A stretch of 63,990 bases of DNA, filler included, from an uncultured Methanosarcinales archaeon (GTDB taxonomy: Archaea > Nanobdellota > Nanobdellia > Woesearchaeales > JAGLXL01), in NCBI GenBank assembly GCA_964472345.1. It is 11 parts of 11 records of this genome, joined end to end, with 100 filler letters (N's around TTAATTAATTAA, not from the genome) between each part and the next. Parts side by side here need not be neighbours in the genome. Positions count along the whole stretch, not along the records: positions 14,425 to 21,429 come from CAYYLB010000064.1; positions 21,530 to 28,454 come from CAYYLB010000065.1; positions 28,555 to 34,181 come from CAYYLB010000068.1; 8 more parts are not named here. One strand, written 5' to 3'. Below, in pieces: positions 17,669 through 28,686 of the stretch; position 1 is the stretch's first letter; each line of letters starts with the position of its first letter. The notes below the pieces were generated by a model. That model saw only the letters and a program-made list of their open reading frames with translations, made no database searches and was not told the origin of the DNA. The translations under genes were made by a program, and so were the position numbers.

Positions 17669-17919
17669 AGGATGGAGAGATGAAAACCACTATAAATAGC
17701 TGCCGATAACTTCAATGGCGTTTGAAGTTTATTCGATGGTGGCAAACGGCGATTGAAAGTTTTTGTCTTTCAGATACTCTGAAATCCACACATGGCCCGG
17801 GTACTACATGCGAACCGGATCCAGCCCGTTCCCCGCAAACGCGCTAGCCATTTAAGCAAAATAACTATACCAGTATACAAAAAAGTAACATTTATATAGC
17901 AACGAACGTTCCTTGAAGC

Positions 17920-18768
17920 ATGCTCAGGCGTGTTCCTCTCGATGTGCTCGACAAGCTCAGCTTCAAGCAGATCTTCGCCTTCTGGGTAGGGTATATGGCC
18001 GTGTTCGGCGCCATCTATTACCTGCTGTCGTTCATGCCGGGGCACGGCGTGCTGTACCGCGGCGAGCAGATCGGCCATGGCATCCGCAGCCTGCTGACCG
18101 CGGAGTATTTCAGCTTCATCACCGCAGCATCGGCGTCGCAGGGGTACGGCGACCTGTTTCCGCTCGGCGTTTCGCGGGTGTTTGCGGTTGTCGAAGCGGT
18201 GAGCGGCCTGGTGATATTCGGCGTGATCATCTCCAAGCTGCTGAGCCAGAAGCAGGAGACGCTGCTGCAGGAAGTGTATGAGATCTCCTATGACGAGAAG
18301 GTGACCGGCGTGCGCTCCGCGTTCTACCTGTTCCGCTCGGATGCGAACAAGGCGATGGAAACGATTGAGAACGGCAGGATGTCCGAACGCAGGCTCCAGG
18401 ACCTGTGGATCATGTTCACCACGCTCGAGAACGCGATGTATAATGCTGCGAAGATCGTCCATCCCCGTGCGGACAACCGCTACGTGAAGCAGATCGATGC
18501 GCTGAACATCGAGCTGCTGCTGAACAGCATCGGACTGTCGCTTGCAAAAGCCGCCGACGTGCTTGCCGCCCTTGATGAGCGCAGCCTTCCGTGGCGCACG
18601 GACGTGATGAACAGCATCATCGCCGCGGTCGGCACGAGCACCAGCAGCATCACGGAGCACCTCAATAAGCTCGAGCCGGACCGCAAGTCCCTCGACAAGA
18701 TGCAGGACATCCGCCTGCTCACGGAGCGGCTGAAAGAGCGGGCGATGATGGCGATGGTGGCACCTTAG
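17920..18768 (+). CDS. 2-TM potassium-channel-family protein with helical C-terminal domain
   Basis: TM - YFSFITAASASQGYGD - TM. Confidence 0.8.
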   Translation: MLRRVPLDVLDKLSFKQIFAFWVGYMAVFGAIYYLLSFMPGHGVLYRGEQIGHGIRSLLTAEYFSFITAASASQGYGDLFPLGVSRVFAVVEAVSGLVIFGVIISKLLSQKQETLLQEVYEISYDEKVTGVRSAFYLFRSDANKAMETIENGRMSERRLQDLWIMFTTLENAMYNAAKIVHPRADNRYVKQIDALNIELLLNSIGLSLAKAADVLAALDERSLPWRTDVMNSIIAAVGTSTSSITEHLNKLEPDRKSLDKMQDIRLLTERLKERAMMAMVAP

Positions 18769-18866
18769 CTCTTTCTGCTTCACCGGCCACCGGTTTAGCT
18801 GCCCATGAGAAACGAGGCGAGCCTCCCCGGACTATTGCATGAAACCACGCACAAGAAACAGTAACC

Positions 18867-19181
18867 TTACGCATCAATCATCTCAATCTCAATATTCAGC
18901 CCCTCGGGAATCTGCACGCGCATCACCAGCCGCAATGCCCGCTCGTCCGCAGCAAGGTCGATCAGCCGCTTGTGGATGCGCATCTCAAAGCGGTCCCACG
19001 AGCGCTTGCCCTCGAACGCCGGGCTTTTCTTGGTGGTGATCTTCAAGCGCTTGGTGGGCAGCGGGATGGGGCCGCGCAGCGCAACGCCCGTCTTTTCCGC
19101 AATCTCCTTGATTGACGCGCACACCTGGTTGACCTTGTCGATGTCCGTGCTTGCGACCTTGATCCGTGCTCGTTGTGCCAT
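18867..19181 (-). CDS. rpsJ: 30S ribosomal protein S10 (uS10)
   Basis: [19 protein letters not shown]; directly downstream of EF-1alpha. Confidence 0.97.
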   Translation of the reverse strand: MAQRARIKVASTDIDKVNQVCASIKEIAEKTGVALRGPIPLPTKRLKITTKKSPAFEGKRSWDRFEMRIHKRLIDLAADERALRLVMRVQIPEGLNIEIEMIDA

Positions 19182-19233
19182 GGGTGTGCTTCATGGTAAG
19201 CTGCGGTTTACCATGCAAAGGAAAAAAGGAAAC

Positions 19234-20529
19234 TCATTTCATCGTTTTTGCGACGAGGTCAATGCACATGCCTGCAGCCACGGTCTGCCCGGAATCGCGG
19301 ACGGCGAATCGCGCAAGCTGCGGGATGTCCTTCTGCTTCTCGATCACCAGAGGCTGGAGGGGCTTGACCTTGACCACTGCAGCGTCACCATTCTTGATGA
19401 AGTCCGGCTTCTCCTGCACGACCTCGCCGGTCGCGGGGTTGAGCTTCTTCACGATCTCGGTTATCTGGCATGCGACCTGCGCGGTGTGGATATGGAACAC
19501 CGGTGTGTAGCCGACGGTCATGACGCTCGGATGGTTCAGCACCACGATCTGCGCGGTGAACTCCGACGCGACGGTGGGAACCTTGTCCAGGTGGCCGATG
19601 ACGTCGCCGCGCGCGATATCCTGCTTTGCGATGCCGCGCACGTTGAATCCCACGTTGTCGCCAGGCTCGGCTTCCTGCACCTGCTCATGGTGCATCTCAA
19701 TGGTCTTCACTTCGCCAGTGATGCCTTTGCCTTCACGCGCGGGAACAGCAATGATCTTGTCGCCGACCTTCATGACACCTGTCTCAACGCGGCCGACGGG
19801 AACGGTGCCGATGCCGGTGATGTTATAGACATCCTGGATCGGGAGGCGGAGCGGCAGGTCGCGCGGCTTCTCCGGCGGGCTGAGCTTGTCAACCGCTTCG
19901 AGCAGCGTCGGACCCGTGTACCATGGCATATTCGGCGACTTCTTAGCCACATTGTCGCCGAGGTAGGAAGCTGTGGGGACGAACTGGATCGCATCGGTCT
20001 TGTAGCCCACGCTCTTGAGCAGCTTGGTGACCTCTCCCTTGACCTCCTCGAAGCGCTTCTGGTCGAATTTCGCCATGTCCATCTTGTTGACAAGGACGAT
20101 GAGCTGCTGCACGCCGAGCGTCTTGGAGAGGAAGACATGCTCCTTGGTCTGCGCCTGCACGCCGTCGCCGGGGTTGCCGCTGACGACGAGGACGGCGGCA
20201 TCTGCCTGGCTCGCGCCGGTGATCATGTTCTTGATGAAGTCCCGGTGGCCGGGGGCGTCGATGATGGTGAAATAATACTTGGGTGTGTCAAAGCGCTTGT
20301 GCGCGAGGTCGATGGTGACGCCGCGCTCCTGCTCCTCCTTCAGGTTGTCCATGACGAACGCGAACTCAAAGCCCTTCTTGCCGAGCTCCTCGGCCTTCTG
20401 CTTCAGCTTGCGCATCGTCTGCTCATCGACATTGCCGCTGTCGAAGAACAGCCGTCCGACGGTCGTGCTTTTGCCATGGTCGACATGGCCGATGAATACC
20501 AGGTTGATGTGTGGTTTGGTCCTTGCCAT
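19234..20529 (-). CDS. tuf: Translation elongation factor EF-1 alpha
   Basis: [21 protein letters not shown]. Confidence 0.98.
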   Translation of the reverse strand: MARTKPHINLVFIGHVDHGKSTTVGRLFFDSGNVDEQTMRKLKQKAEELGKKGFEFAFVMDNLKEEQERGVTIDLAHKRFDTPKYYFTIIDAPGHRDFIKNMITGASQADAAVLVVSGNPGDGVQAQTKEHVFLSKTLGVQQLIVLVNKMDMAKFDQKRFEEVKGEVTKLLKSVGYKTDAIQFVPTASYLGDNVAKKSPNMPWYTGPTLLEAVDKLSPPEKPRDLPLRLPIQDVYNITGIGTVPVGRVETGVMKVGDKIIAVPAREGKGITGEVKTIEMHHEQVQEAEPGDNVGFNVRGIAKQDIARGDVIGHLDKVPTVASEFTAQIVVLNHPSVMTVGYTPVFHIHTAQVACQITEIVKKLNPATGEVVQEKPDFIKNGDAAVVKVKPLQPLVIEKQKDIPQLARFAVRDSGQTVAAGMCIDLVAKTMK

Positions 20530-20717
20530 CGTGATACCCTCCGTGGTTTGTTGCGTTCACGGTAAAGCCGGTGTTTATAAAGCTTATGGTTGGGCGAGGG
20601 GGTTTTGGGCGCGACAGCGGCGGGCGCGGCCGCGGATCATGCACTGAGGAAGAACACCGCTGCGGTCGCTGAGATCGCACGGCAAATTTAAAAGCAGCCG
20701 CATGGTCCTGCGGAAGC

Positions 20718-21422
20718 ATGCGCCGCCTCTGGCTCTTCGACATCGACGGGACGCTCGTCAACATCAACCACGTGCACCTGAAAGCCTACAAGCTGGATTA
20801 CCAGGAGGTGCTGAACCGCGACGTCCCGGACGGCATCATCATCGCGACCTTCGGCATGTCCGAGCGTGAGACGCACGAGAGCATCCTGCGGCAGCTTGGG
20901 CTTCCTGCCGATGAAAAGCTGATCGGGCGGCTTGCGCAGGGCTACGTGAGGAACGTGCAGAAGGCGATCGAAACGGCACCGATTGCGCCGCTGGAAGGCG
21001 TCGTTCCGTTCCTCTCAGCGCTGAAGGGGCGCGGCGAGCACCTCGGCATCATCACCGGAAACCTTGAGAAGCCTGCACGAAGGATCATCGGGAAAGCCGG
21101 CTTATCGCGGTTCTTCACGCTCTTCAGCAGCGACGACGGGACGCTCAGGCGGAAGGAGATCGTTTTGAACGCGATCCGGCAGGCGGAGCAGCGCGGGCTC
21201 TCCTTCGGCGCCGTCGTGGTCGTTGGCGACACGACGAAGGACGTGAAGGCGGCGCAGGCGGCTGCGAAGGAGCGGAAGGGGCTGCGCATCGTGAGCGTGG
21301 CGGTGGCGACGGGGTCGGACGATGTTGCGACATTGGAGAAGGCAGGGGCGGAGGTGGTGGTGAGGAGCCTCAACGGCAGGGGAGACATCCTCGGAAAGAT
21401 AGAGAGTGCCACTGAAGGATAG
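20718..21422 (+). CDS. HAD-superfamily hydrolase
   Basis: FDIDGTL, ITGN, VGDTTKD. Confidence 0.9.
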   Translation: MRRLWLFDIDGTLVNINHVHLKAYKLDYQEVLNRDVPDGIIIATFGMSERETHESILRQLGLPADEKLIGRLAQGYVRNVQKAIETAPIAPLEGVVPFLSALKGRGEHLGIITGNLEKPARRIIGKAGLSRFFTLFSSDDGTLRRKEIVLNAIRQAEQRGLSFGAVVVVGDTTKDVKAAQAAAKERKGLRIVSVAVATGSDDVATLEKAGAEVVVRSLNGRGDILGKIESATEG

Positions 21423-21669
21423 CAAAATTNNNNNNNNNNNNNNNNNNNNNNNNNNNNNNNNNNNNNNNNNNNNTTAATTAATTAANNNNNNNNNNNNNNN
21501 NNNNNNNNNNNNNNNNNNNNNNNNNNNNNCGAAGCGAAAGCGCTTGGAGGTAAGAAACGCAAGTTTCTGTGTCTCCAAGGGCTTTACGCCTTCTTGCCCG
21601 ATTCGGTGGCGCTTCCGTAGCCCGCAAAAAACAATCACCTTTAAATACTACTGCCCTTCACGAAGCGTA

Positions 21670-21733
21670 TTGGAAGGCAGAAACAGGGAGTTCACGCTCA
21701 TTCTGTTTCACCGCAACAGGCGGTTCGTTCCAA
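21670..21733 (+). promoter_or_regulatory. Structured 5' leader of the DEAD-box helicase gene
   Basis: TTGGAA/TTCCAA closing helix enclosing GAAACAG/CTGTTTC and ACCGC/GCGGT hairpins; begins ~23 nt after TTTAAATA and ends at GGAGA. Confidence 0.5.
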
Positions 21734-21745
21734 GGAGACACGACA

Positions 21746-22990
21746 ATGGAGTCATTTGAAGAACTACAGGTCCAGCAGGAGATCATCCGTGCGCTCAACG
21801 ACGCAGGCATCACCGCGCCGACCCTTATCCAGCAGAAGGCGATTCCGCTGATCAAGCAGGGACGCGACGTCATCGGCATTTCCAAGACCGGCTCGGGGAA
21901 GACTGCCGCCTTCGGCATCCCGCTGCTTGAGAAGATCGCTCCCGACCAGGGAATCCAGGTGCTTATTGTTGCGCCGACGCGCGAGCTGGTCGTTCAGATC
22001 GCGGACGAGCTCCGCACACTCAGCAGCTATCAGCGCCGCCGCATCACCAGCATCTTCGGCGGCGTTTCGCTCGGCCCCCAGATCGAGCAGCTGCGGCGCG
22101 CAGAGATCGTTGCCGGCACTCCTGGCAGGCTGCTTGACCACCTCCAGCGCGGCACGATTGACTTTTCCAGGCTCCGCACGGTGGTGCTGGATGAAGCGGA
22201 CAAGATGGTCGAGATGGGATTTATTGATGATGTCCACACGCTGCTTGACCATACTCCGCAGGACCGGCAGCTCCTGCTGTTCGGCGCGACGCTCTCCGCA
22301 GAGATCGACCAGCTTGTGGAGCAGTACATGCACGACGCGGTCAAGGCGGAAGCGGAGCGGCAGGTCCAGCAGGATCTCCTGCAGCAGTACTACTATCAGG
22401 TGCAGCAGCACGAGAAGTTTTCCCTGCTCTGCCACCTGCTGCACAAGGCAGACGCGAAACGGGTCATCATCTTTTCCTCGACGCGCTCCACCGTCGATCT
22501 GCTCACGAGAAACCTGCGTGTACAGGGCATTGCCGCAGCGATGATGCATGGCAAGCTCGGGCAGCAGAAGCGCCTGCAGGTGATTGAGAATTTCCGCGAG
22601 GGCAGGCCGCCCATTCTCGTCGCATCGGCGGTTGCGGCGCGCGGGCTCCACATCGACGATGTCACGCATGTCATCAATTACGACCTCTCGAACGATCCGC
22701 GGGAATACCTGCATCGCGTCGGCAGGACAGCGCGCGCGGGCGCAGCGGGAAAGGCAATTACGCTGCTCGGGCCGCGTGACTATGAGGCGTTCAATGCGAT
22801 TCTCGGGCTGCACCGGCTTCCGGTTGAAGAGCTCCCCCAGGAAGAATTTCCCCGGCTGCGGTTTGACGCACGCCGCATGCAGATGAGGTCGGGGCCTGCG
22901 CAGCGCTCGCGATATCCTGTGCGGCGCGGGCAGTGGCGCGGAAGGCCGCGCTCGTTCTCATTCAGGGGAGAGCGGCGCTCATTCGCGTGA
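21746..22990 (+). CDS. DEAD-box RNA helicase
   Basis: Q motif, KTGSGKT, PTREL, TPGRL, DEAD, HRVGRTAR; Arg-rich tail. Confidence 0.95.
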   Translation: MESFEELQVQQEIIRALNDAGITAPTLIQQKAIPLIKQGRDVIGISKTGSGKTAAFGIPLLEKIAPDQGIQVLIVAPTRELVVQIADELRTLSSYQRRRITSIFGGVSLGPQIEQLRRAEIVAGTPGRLLDHLQRGTIDFSRLRTVVLDEADKMVEMGFIDDVHTLLDHTPQDRQLLLFGATLSAEIDQLVEQYMHDAVKAEAERQVQQDLLQQYYYQVQQHEKFSLLCHLLHKADAKRVIIFSSTRSTVDLLTRNLRVQGIAAAMMHGKLGQQKRLQVIENFREGRPPILVASAVAARGLHIDDVTHVINYDLSNDPREYLHRVGRTARAGAAGKAITLLGPRDYEAFNAILGLHRLPVEELPQEEFPRLRFDARRMQMRSGPAQRSRYPVRRGQWRGRPRSFSFRGERRSFA

Positions 22991-23082
22991 ACGGCTGCTG
23001 AGGATGGGAGAGCGGAGAGAGCAGCTTCAATGCCATCCCGTTCACCAGAACGTATTTAAACCGAAAAGCCGTTCCTGCCTGA

Positions 23083-24033
23083 ATGGGCAGCAAGGTGGAC
23101 AAATCGGATCTTGCGGCTGTCCTGACAATGTTTCCCGATCAGATACGGGAAGCGGGCCAGCTCGGAGGCGAGATTACTGTTCCGGCGCCGAAGGCTGTTG
23201 CCATCGCGGGCATGGGAGGTTCGGGGCTGCCGGGCCCCATTGTCCAGGCTGTTGTTGACCTGGTCCCGGTCATTTCTGTGCGCGAGTACGCGCTGCCGGC
23301 ATTTATCGATGAGCAGGCACTTGTCGTTGCGGTTTCCTACAGCGGCAACACGGAGGAGACGCTCGCTGCCTATGCTGAAGCGAAACGCCGGGGCGCGCAG
23401 ACCGTGGCCATCGCAAGCGGCGGGAAGCTCCTGCAGCAGGCAGAGGAAGACAGTGTTCCATTCATCCGCGTTCCCGCAGGGCTGCAGCCCCGGATGGCAT
23501 TGGGATATCAGACCGTCCCCATCCTGTCATTGCTGACGCGCTGCGGCCTTGCGGAGGATGTTGACTGGGATTCCGTTGCCCGATTTCTGAAGCGCGGGCT
23601 TGCCGATGTGAAGGGATCAGCACAGCAGCTCGCTCCCCTGCTCGCGCCGGCGGTACCGCTGATCTACGCATCGACGCGATTCGGCATTGCGGCATACAAA
23701 TGGAAAATCGACCTGAATGAGAATGCCAAGATGCACGCCTTCAGCAACGTGTTCCCGGAGTCCAACCACAACGAGCTGAACGGCTTTGCGAAGCCGAATG
23801 GCGAGTATGTGGTGGTGATGCTGCGCGATGCGGAGGACCATCCGCGCATCATCAGGCGTTTTGAGGCCGTGAAGCGCCTTCTCGCGAAGAAGGGCATCAA
23901 GGTCATCGACATCGCGAGCCGCGGCCCTGATTTTATGACACGGCTGTTCTGGACGATCTGGCTCGGAGACTGGGTTTCCTATTTCGTTGCGCTGCAGCGC
24001 GGTGTCGATCCGACGCCCGTGGAGATGGTTGAG
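23083..24033 (+). CDS. Bifunctional phosphoglucose/phosphomannose isomerase (end lies in scaffold gap)
   Basis: GMGGSG, SYSGNTEET, QPR, NENAK, PESNHNE, VDPTPV. Confidence 0.9.
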
Positions 24034-24133
24034 NNNNNNNNNNNNNNNNNNNNNNNNNNNNNNNNNNNNNNNNNNNNNNNNNNNNNNNNNNNNNNNNNNN
24101 NNNNNNNNNNNNNNNNNNNNNNNNNNNNNNNNN
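24034..24133. other. Scaffold gap (100 N, no linker)
   Basis: N run. Confidence 0.95.
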
Positions 24134-25095
24134 TGGTTAAACTTGTGCGTTTTCGTGATTTTCAGGATGGTATATTCCTTCAGTATTCTGGAAAATTCTT
24201 TTTTTATCTCCATGAGGATTTCCTTGAACTGCGGGTCATGCTCAACCTCGATGTTGATGACGCAATCCCATGGCCCGATCATCTTGCTGTAGAACCAAAC
24301 GTTTTGATGGAGCTTGCAGTACTGGAAAAAATGCCGCTCACGCTCCGGTGTCAGGTCCCGGAATCTCAGCAGGAGGTAATACCAGCGGTAGCCGATCTCC
24401 TCCGTGTTCGGAAAGAGGACATAGTTCTGGATGATGCCTGCTTTCTCTAAGTTTCTGATGCGCTGGATAACGGCGTCCGCGCTGAGCCCACTCCTCTTCG
24501 CGATCTCGACCGCGGGGATCCGTGCGTCCTGGGCGAGGAGAGTCAGGATCTTCCGGTGGTAGCTGTCAAGCTCCGCCGGCGCCGGCTTTGAGCCGAACAC
24601 CATCGGTTTCCGCATCTCGGCTGATGGCTTGCCGGCAAGGTAATCGCGGAAAAAGAAGTGTGACTCGACCATGATGTTGACCTGCCGCTCTGCGATGAAA
24701 GTGCCATATGCCGCGTTAAGGCCGGTGAGCGTTGCGTTGAGATCCCCGACGCTCGCGGCCAGGAAGTTCACATTCAGATCAAACATGCCTTCCGCGCTGG
24801 TAACGAGCTGCGTGCGGGGGTGCTGTACCAGATCACTGAGGATCTCCTGCTCCTTCTGCAGCGTCGTGTTCTGGAGCCGGTAGAAGACCTTGTAGGTGGC
24901 AAGGCCGAGCTTTGCGGTGTCGAGCAGTGTCATGAACTTGAAGATTGCTCCCCTTTTAAGCAGCCGCTTGATCCGATAATTCACCCCATCGGGCGACAGA
25001 CCCACCTTTTTCGCGATCTGCGACGCAGGCTGGCGCGCATTCCTGTCGAGCTCGTACAGGATCTTCCGGTCCTTGAGGTCGAGTTTTATTGGCAT
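24134..25095 (-). CDS. Tandem Lrp/AsnC-family regulator (end lies in gap)
   Basis: Two LD..D/H.KIL..L..(N/D)AR HTH + RAM units. Confidence 0.88.
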
Positions 25096-25200
25096 ATTAT
25101 TACGAAATACTGCTTTTTATATTTAAATTTAGCGGTTTTGCCGAAGAATATTAAGGAAAGTTTCTTATAATAATCAATATTTACTATCCGGTGATACAAA

Positions 25201-25959
25201 ATGCCATGTGATCCGCCTCAGAACATCGGCGAAATCGCCGTACACCTCTACCGCGCTTTTCGTCGCAATGAGCAAAGGCTTGCACAAAAGCTGGAAAAAA
25301 AGCTTAAAGGCCTGTATCAGCTTCCTCAGCGGCAGTTTGAAGAGATGCTTCTGCAGTGGCACCACCTGCTGAAAGCCCAATCACTCGCCTACGACAGGGT
25401 GGGTTCCTACTTTAATAACCCCGATCGACCCCCCGAACACGCTCCTTCAGAGTATGTGCTGCTACCGCATCCACTAGTAATGGAAAGGGTGGGCGATTCT
25501 ATTCGATGGCACCCTATAACAGGATTAAGCTCTTTCTTCCTCTATGCGCTGGAAGTCGGCGAAGAGCGGATAGCTCGATCCAAGCCAACAGAAGTAACCA
25601 AACTCAGTACTCCTGATTATCCTTCTTTAAGCGACGATCCTCTGGACGCTTTTATACCAGTGGAGGACCGTTATCCTGGCGCTTCATTGATGAGCCAACT
25701 AATAATGGATGAAACGATCTTAGCAGTCGAACACCACGCACTTTTCATGAACATTCTGTTTAGGGATTTTGAAGATGGCAACAGGTGTGAATCAATGGAT
25801 ATATTCAACCAATTTTCTTCCAAGAGGGAGACACTCGTGATATGCTTGGACGACCCCATAACCCCGAACGACACCGAAGCTGTTTTTAGACGCATAGTGA
25901 ATAATGAGCCTAAAGCCCGCTATTCAAAAAGAGCAGGATTCTGGAATCAATTCTTATAG
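25201..25959 (+). CDS. Hypothetical protein (low GC)
   Basis: 252-aa ORF only. Confidence 0.55.
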   Translation: MPCDPPQNIGEIAVHLYRAFRRNEQRLAQKLEKKLKGLYQLPQRQFEEMLLQWHHLLKAQSLAYDRVGSYFNNPDRPPEHAPSEYVLLPHPLVMERVGDSIRWHPITGLSSFFLYALEVGEERIARSKPTEVTKLSTPDYPSLSDDPLDAFIPVEDRYPGASLMSQLIMDETILAVEHHALFMNILFRDFEDGNRCESMDIFNQFSSKRETLVICLDDPITPNDTEAVFRRIVNNEPKARYSKRAGFWNQFL

Positions 25960-26032
25960 CCATAAACCATCACCACTAACTATAAAAACCAGCTCCGCGC
26001 GGACAAGGGCTGGTGGTGGACGGCGGGGATCT

Positions 26033-28426
26033 ATGCTCATCAGGAAGCTCAGGCTGCGCAACATCCGAAGCTACGTTGACGAGGAGATCACCTTTCCCGA
26101 AGGATCGGTGCTGCTCAGCGGCGACATCGGCTCGGGGAAGAGCTCGTTGTTGTACGCCATCGAGTTTGCGCTGTTCGGCAGCGACACGGAGCGGCTGAGC
26201 GGAGGTGCGCTGCTGCGCAAGGGCGCGGCGCAGGGGGAGGTGGCGCTGACGTTCGAGCTTGACGGGGAAGAGATCACCGTCGAGCGCGGCCTGAAGCAGG
26301 GCAGCAGATCCGTCAGCCAGACATCCGGCGCGCTCATTCTTGGCGGCAGGCGGAAGGAAGCCATGCCGGGTGAGCTGAAGGCAGACATCATCGCGCTGCT
26401 CGGCTACCCGGAAGAGCTTATCACCAAGAAGCAGAACCTGACCTACCGCTACACAGTCTACTGCCCCCAGGAGGAGATGAAGGCCATCCTCACCGACGAG
26501 CAGGAGTCGCGGCTCGACACCCTGCGCAGGATCTTCGGCATCGACAAGTACAAGCGCATCCAGGAGAACGCAGCCACGGTTGCACGGGAGCTGCGCAGCA
26601 GGAAACGCGAGCTCGAGGCGCGCACCGAAGGGCTTGAAGAGCGGAGGCGGCAGCTGGCAGCGCAGCAGGGGCAGGAGCAGCAGCTCCATGAGCGCCTGGC
26701 AGCCGTCGTCCCATTGATCCAGCAGCTCGAGGAGGAGCTTGCGAAGCAGCGGAAGGCGCTGCAGGATACGGAGCAGCAGCTCAAAGAGATTCAGGAACGG
26801 AAGAAGCGGCTCGGCGTGCTCGAGGCGCAGCGGACATGGACGCAGCAGCTGCTCGAGAGGCAGGAAGCGCGCCTGCGCGAGCTGCGCACGCTGCTCGAAG
26901 GGCTGCAGGTGAGCGGCGACAGCGCATCCCTGCAGCAGGAGATCGAGCAGCGCGAGACGCGGCTGCAGCAGCTGGTGGAGAGCAGAACGCGGAGCGAGCA
27001 GCGCCTCGCCTCCCTTTCGGAACGCTGCGCCGAGGTTGAGCGGGAGCTTGCCATTCCGGAGCCGGACGCCGGCATGAAACAGAAGCGCTTCGCGCAGCTT
27101 ACGGCGCTGGCTGCGGGAAAAGAAGGGCTCGAGCGGCAGGAGCAGCAGCTGCAGTCAGCCATCGAGCAGCTGCGTGCGGTGCTGCGTGAGCATGAGGTGA
27201 AACAGGAGCAGGCGGCGCAGCTGCGGACGCAGATCCTGAAGCTTGCGGAATGCCCGACATGCCTGCAGCCAGTGAGCAAGGAGCACAAGGAGCACGTCCA
27301 CGAGAAAGAAGGGGAGAAGGCGCAGCTCTTCGCGGCGAAAGCAGCGGAGTCTCGGCGGCTGGTTGCACAGAAGGAGCAGGAGCTTGCTGTCCTGCGCGGG
27401 CATTTGCGGGCGCTGCGTGAGGCAGAGAAGGAGCTTGCCGGGCTGCGGGCGGAGCTCGCGCACCTCGGGCAGCAGCACGCGGAGCGTGAGCAGAAGCGGA
27501 AGGCGCTGCAGGAGCTGAAGATCGAGCAGTCCCATGCAGCGGATGAGCTGGCCCGTGCGCGCACCGTTGATTTCGGAGAGGAGCGCGCGGCGGTGCGGCA
27601 TCTGCGGCAGCGGCTCGACCAGCTGCGGGAGCGGGAGCGCGCCATGAAAGAGGAATTGCAGCTCGTGCAGAGCCAGCAGCAGCTTGCCGCGCAGCGCGAT
27701 CAGCTCCTCCGGGAGCACGCGATGCTGGAGCGGCGGGCGGCGCAGGACGCCGTTTTTGAAAGGCAGGCTGCGGAGCAGCGCGCGGCGCTCGACAAGCTGT
27801 CTGCGGACGAGCGCACGCTGTCCATCGAGCAGAGCGCGCTTGAGGCGCAGCGCGGCAGCATTGGGCAGAAGATGCGCGAGCTTGCAAAGGAAATCGCGGA
27901 GAAAGAATCCCTCCGGAAGTCCGCGGAGCGCATCGCGCAGCTCCATCAATGGCTTGATGCGTTCTTCATCAGCCTCATGGGCACGATCGAGAAGCACGTC
28001 CTGCTGCGGATCCATCACGAGTTCAATGCGCTCTTCCAAGAGTGGTTCGGCATGCTGATGGAGGACGAGCAGCTGAGCGCACGCATCGACGACCAGTTCG
28101 CGCCGGCGGTCGAGCAGCAGGGCTACGCGGTTGACGTCGCATACCTGAGCGGCGGGGAGCGGACGGGCGCTGCGCTGGCATACCGCCTGGCGCTGAACAA
28201 GGTCGTGAACGATGTCATCCAGACTATCAAGACGAGGGAGCTGCTGATCCTCGACGAGCCGACCGACGGCTTCAGCACCGAGCAGCTCGACCGGGTGCGT
28301 GAGGTGCTGAACCAGCTCGGGCTGCGGCAGGTGATCATCGTCAGCCATGAGCAGAAGATGGAGAGCTTCGTGGAGCACGTGCTGCGGGTGGAGAAGGAGG
28401 GGGGAGTGAGCAAGGTGATGGCCTAA
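26033..28426 (+). CDS. rad50: Rad50/SbcC SMC-like ATPase
   Basis: GDIGSGKS, coiled coil with CPTC zinc hook, LSGGE, ILDEPT, VSH. Confidence 0.9.
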   Translation: MLIRKLRLRNIRSYVDEEITFPEGSVLLSGDIGSGKSSLLYAIEFALFGSDTERLSGGALLRKGAAQGEVALTFELDGEEITVERGLKQGSRSVSQTSGALILGGRRKEAMPGELKADIIALLGYPEELITKKQNLTYRYTVYCPQEEMKAILTDEQESRLDTLRRIFGIDKYKRIQENAATVARELRSRKRELEARTEGLEERRRQLAAQQGQEQQLHERLAAVVPLIQQLEEELAKQRKALQDTEQQLKEIQERKKRLGVLEAQRTWTQQLLERQEARLRELRTLLEGLQVSGDSASLQQEIEQRETRLQQLVESRTRSEQRLASLSERCAEVERELAIPEPDAGMKQKRFAQLTALAAGKEGLERQEQQLQSAIEQLRAVLREHEVKQEQAAQLRTQILKLAECPTCLQPVSKEHKEHVHEKEGEKAQLFAAKAAESRRLVAQKEQELAVLRGHLRALREAEKELAGLRAELAHLGQQHAEREQKRKALQELKIEQSHAADELARARTVDFGEERAAVRHLRQRLDQLRERERAMKEELQLVQSQQQLAAQRDQLLREHAMLERRAAQDAVFERQAAEQRAALDKLSADERTLSIEQSALEAQRGSIGQKMRELAKEIAEKESLRKSAERIAQLHQWLDAFFISLMGTIEKHVLLRIHHEFNALFQEWFGMLMEDEQLSARIDDQFAPAVEQQGYAVDVAYLSGGERTGAALAYRLALNKVVNDVIQTIKTRELLILDEPTDGFSTEQLDRVREVLNQLGLRQVIIVSHEQKMESFVEHVLRVEKEGGVSKVMA

Positions 28427-28634
28427 CCCTCCCGAAAACTATATAAACATGTTTNNNNNNNNNNNNNNNNNNNNNNNNNNNNNNNNNNNNNNNNNNNNTT
28501 AATTAATTAANNNNNNNNNNNNNNNNNNNNNNNNNNNNNNNNNNNNNNNNNNNNTTGTAAATTTTTGCAATTTGCTATAAGATGGGAAAAAGAAATGTTA
28601 ATTCTCTGTTGCTAAAGATGAGGAGGGAGGACTG

Positions 28635-28677
28635 TGTTGTCCACAATTTAGAAAGATTTATATATAATGTGGACAAT
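28635..28677. repeat. Left site TGTTGTCCAC-N24-GTGGACAAT (contains the Fic gene BRE/TATA)
   Basis: TTGTCCAC 28637-44, GTGGACAA 28669-76. Confidence 0.85.
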
Positions 28678-28686
28678 AATAAATAT

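Noticed and set aside
23083..25095. Apparent long overlapping ORFs through the N gap
   Set aside because: Artefact of translating through Ns; these are two convergent genes ending in the gap
26033..28426. rad50 without an adjacent mre11
   Set aside because: Contig ends just downstream, so linkage cannot be judged
28637..28676. TTGTCCACA resembling a bacterial DnaA box / replication origin
   Set aside because: Archaeal MCM-based genome; the sites hug a single accessory gene
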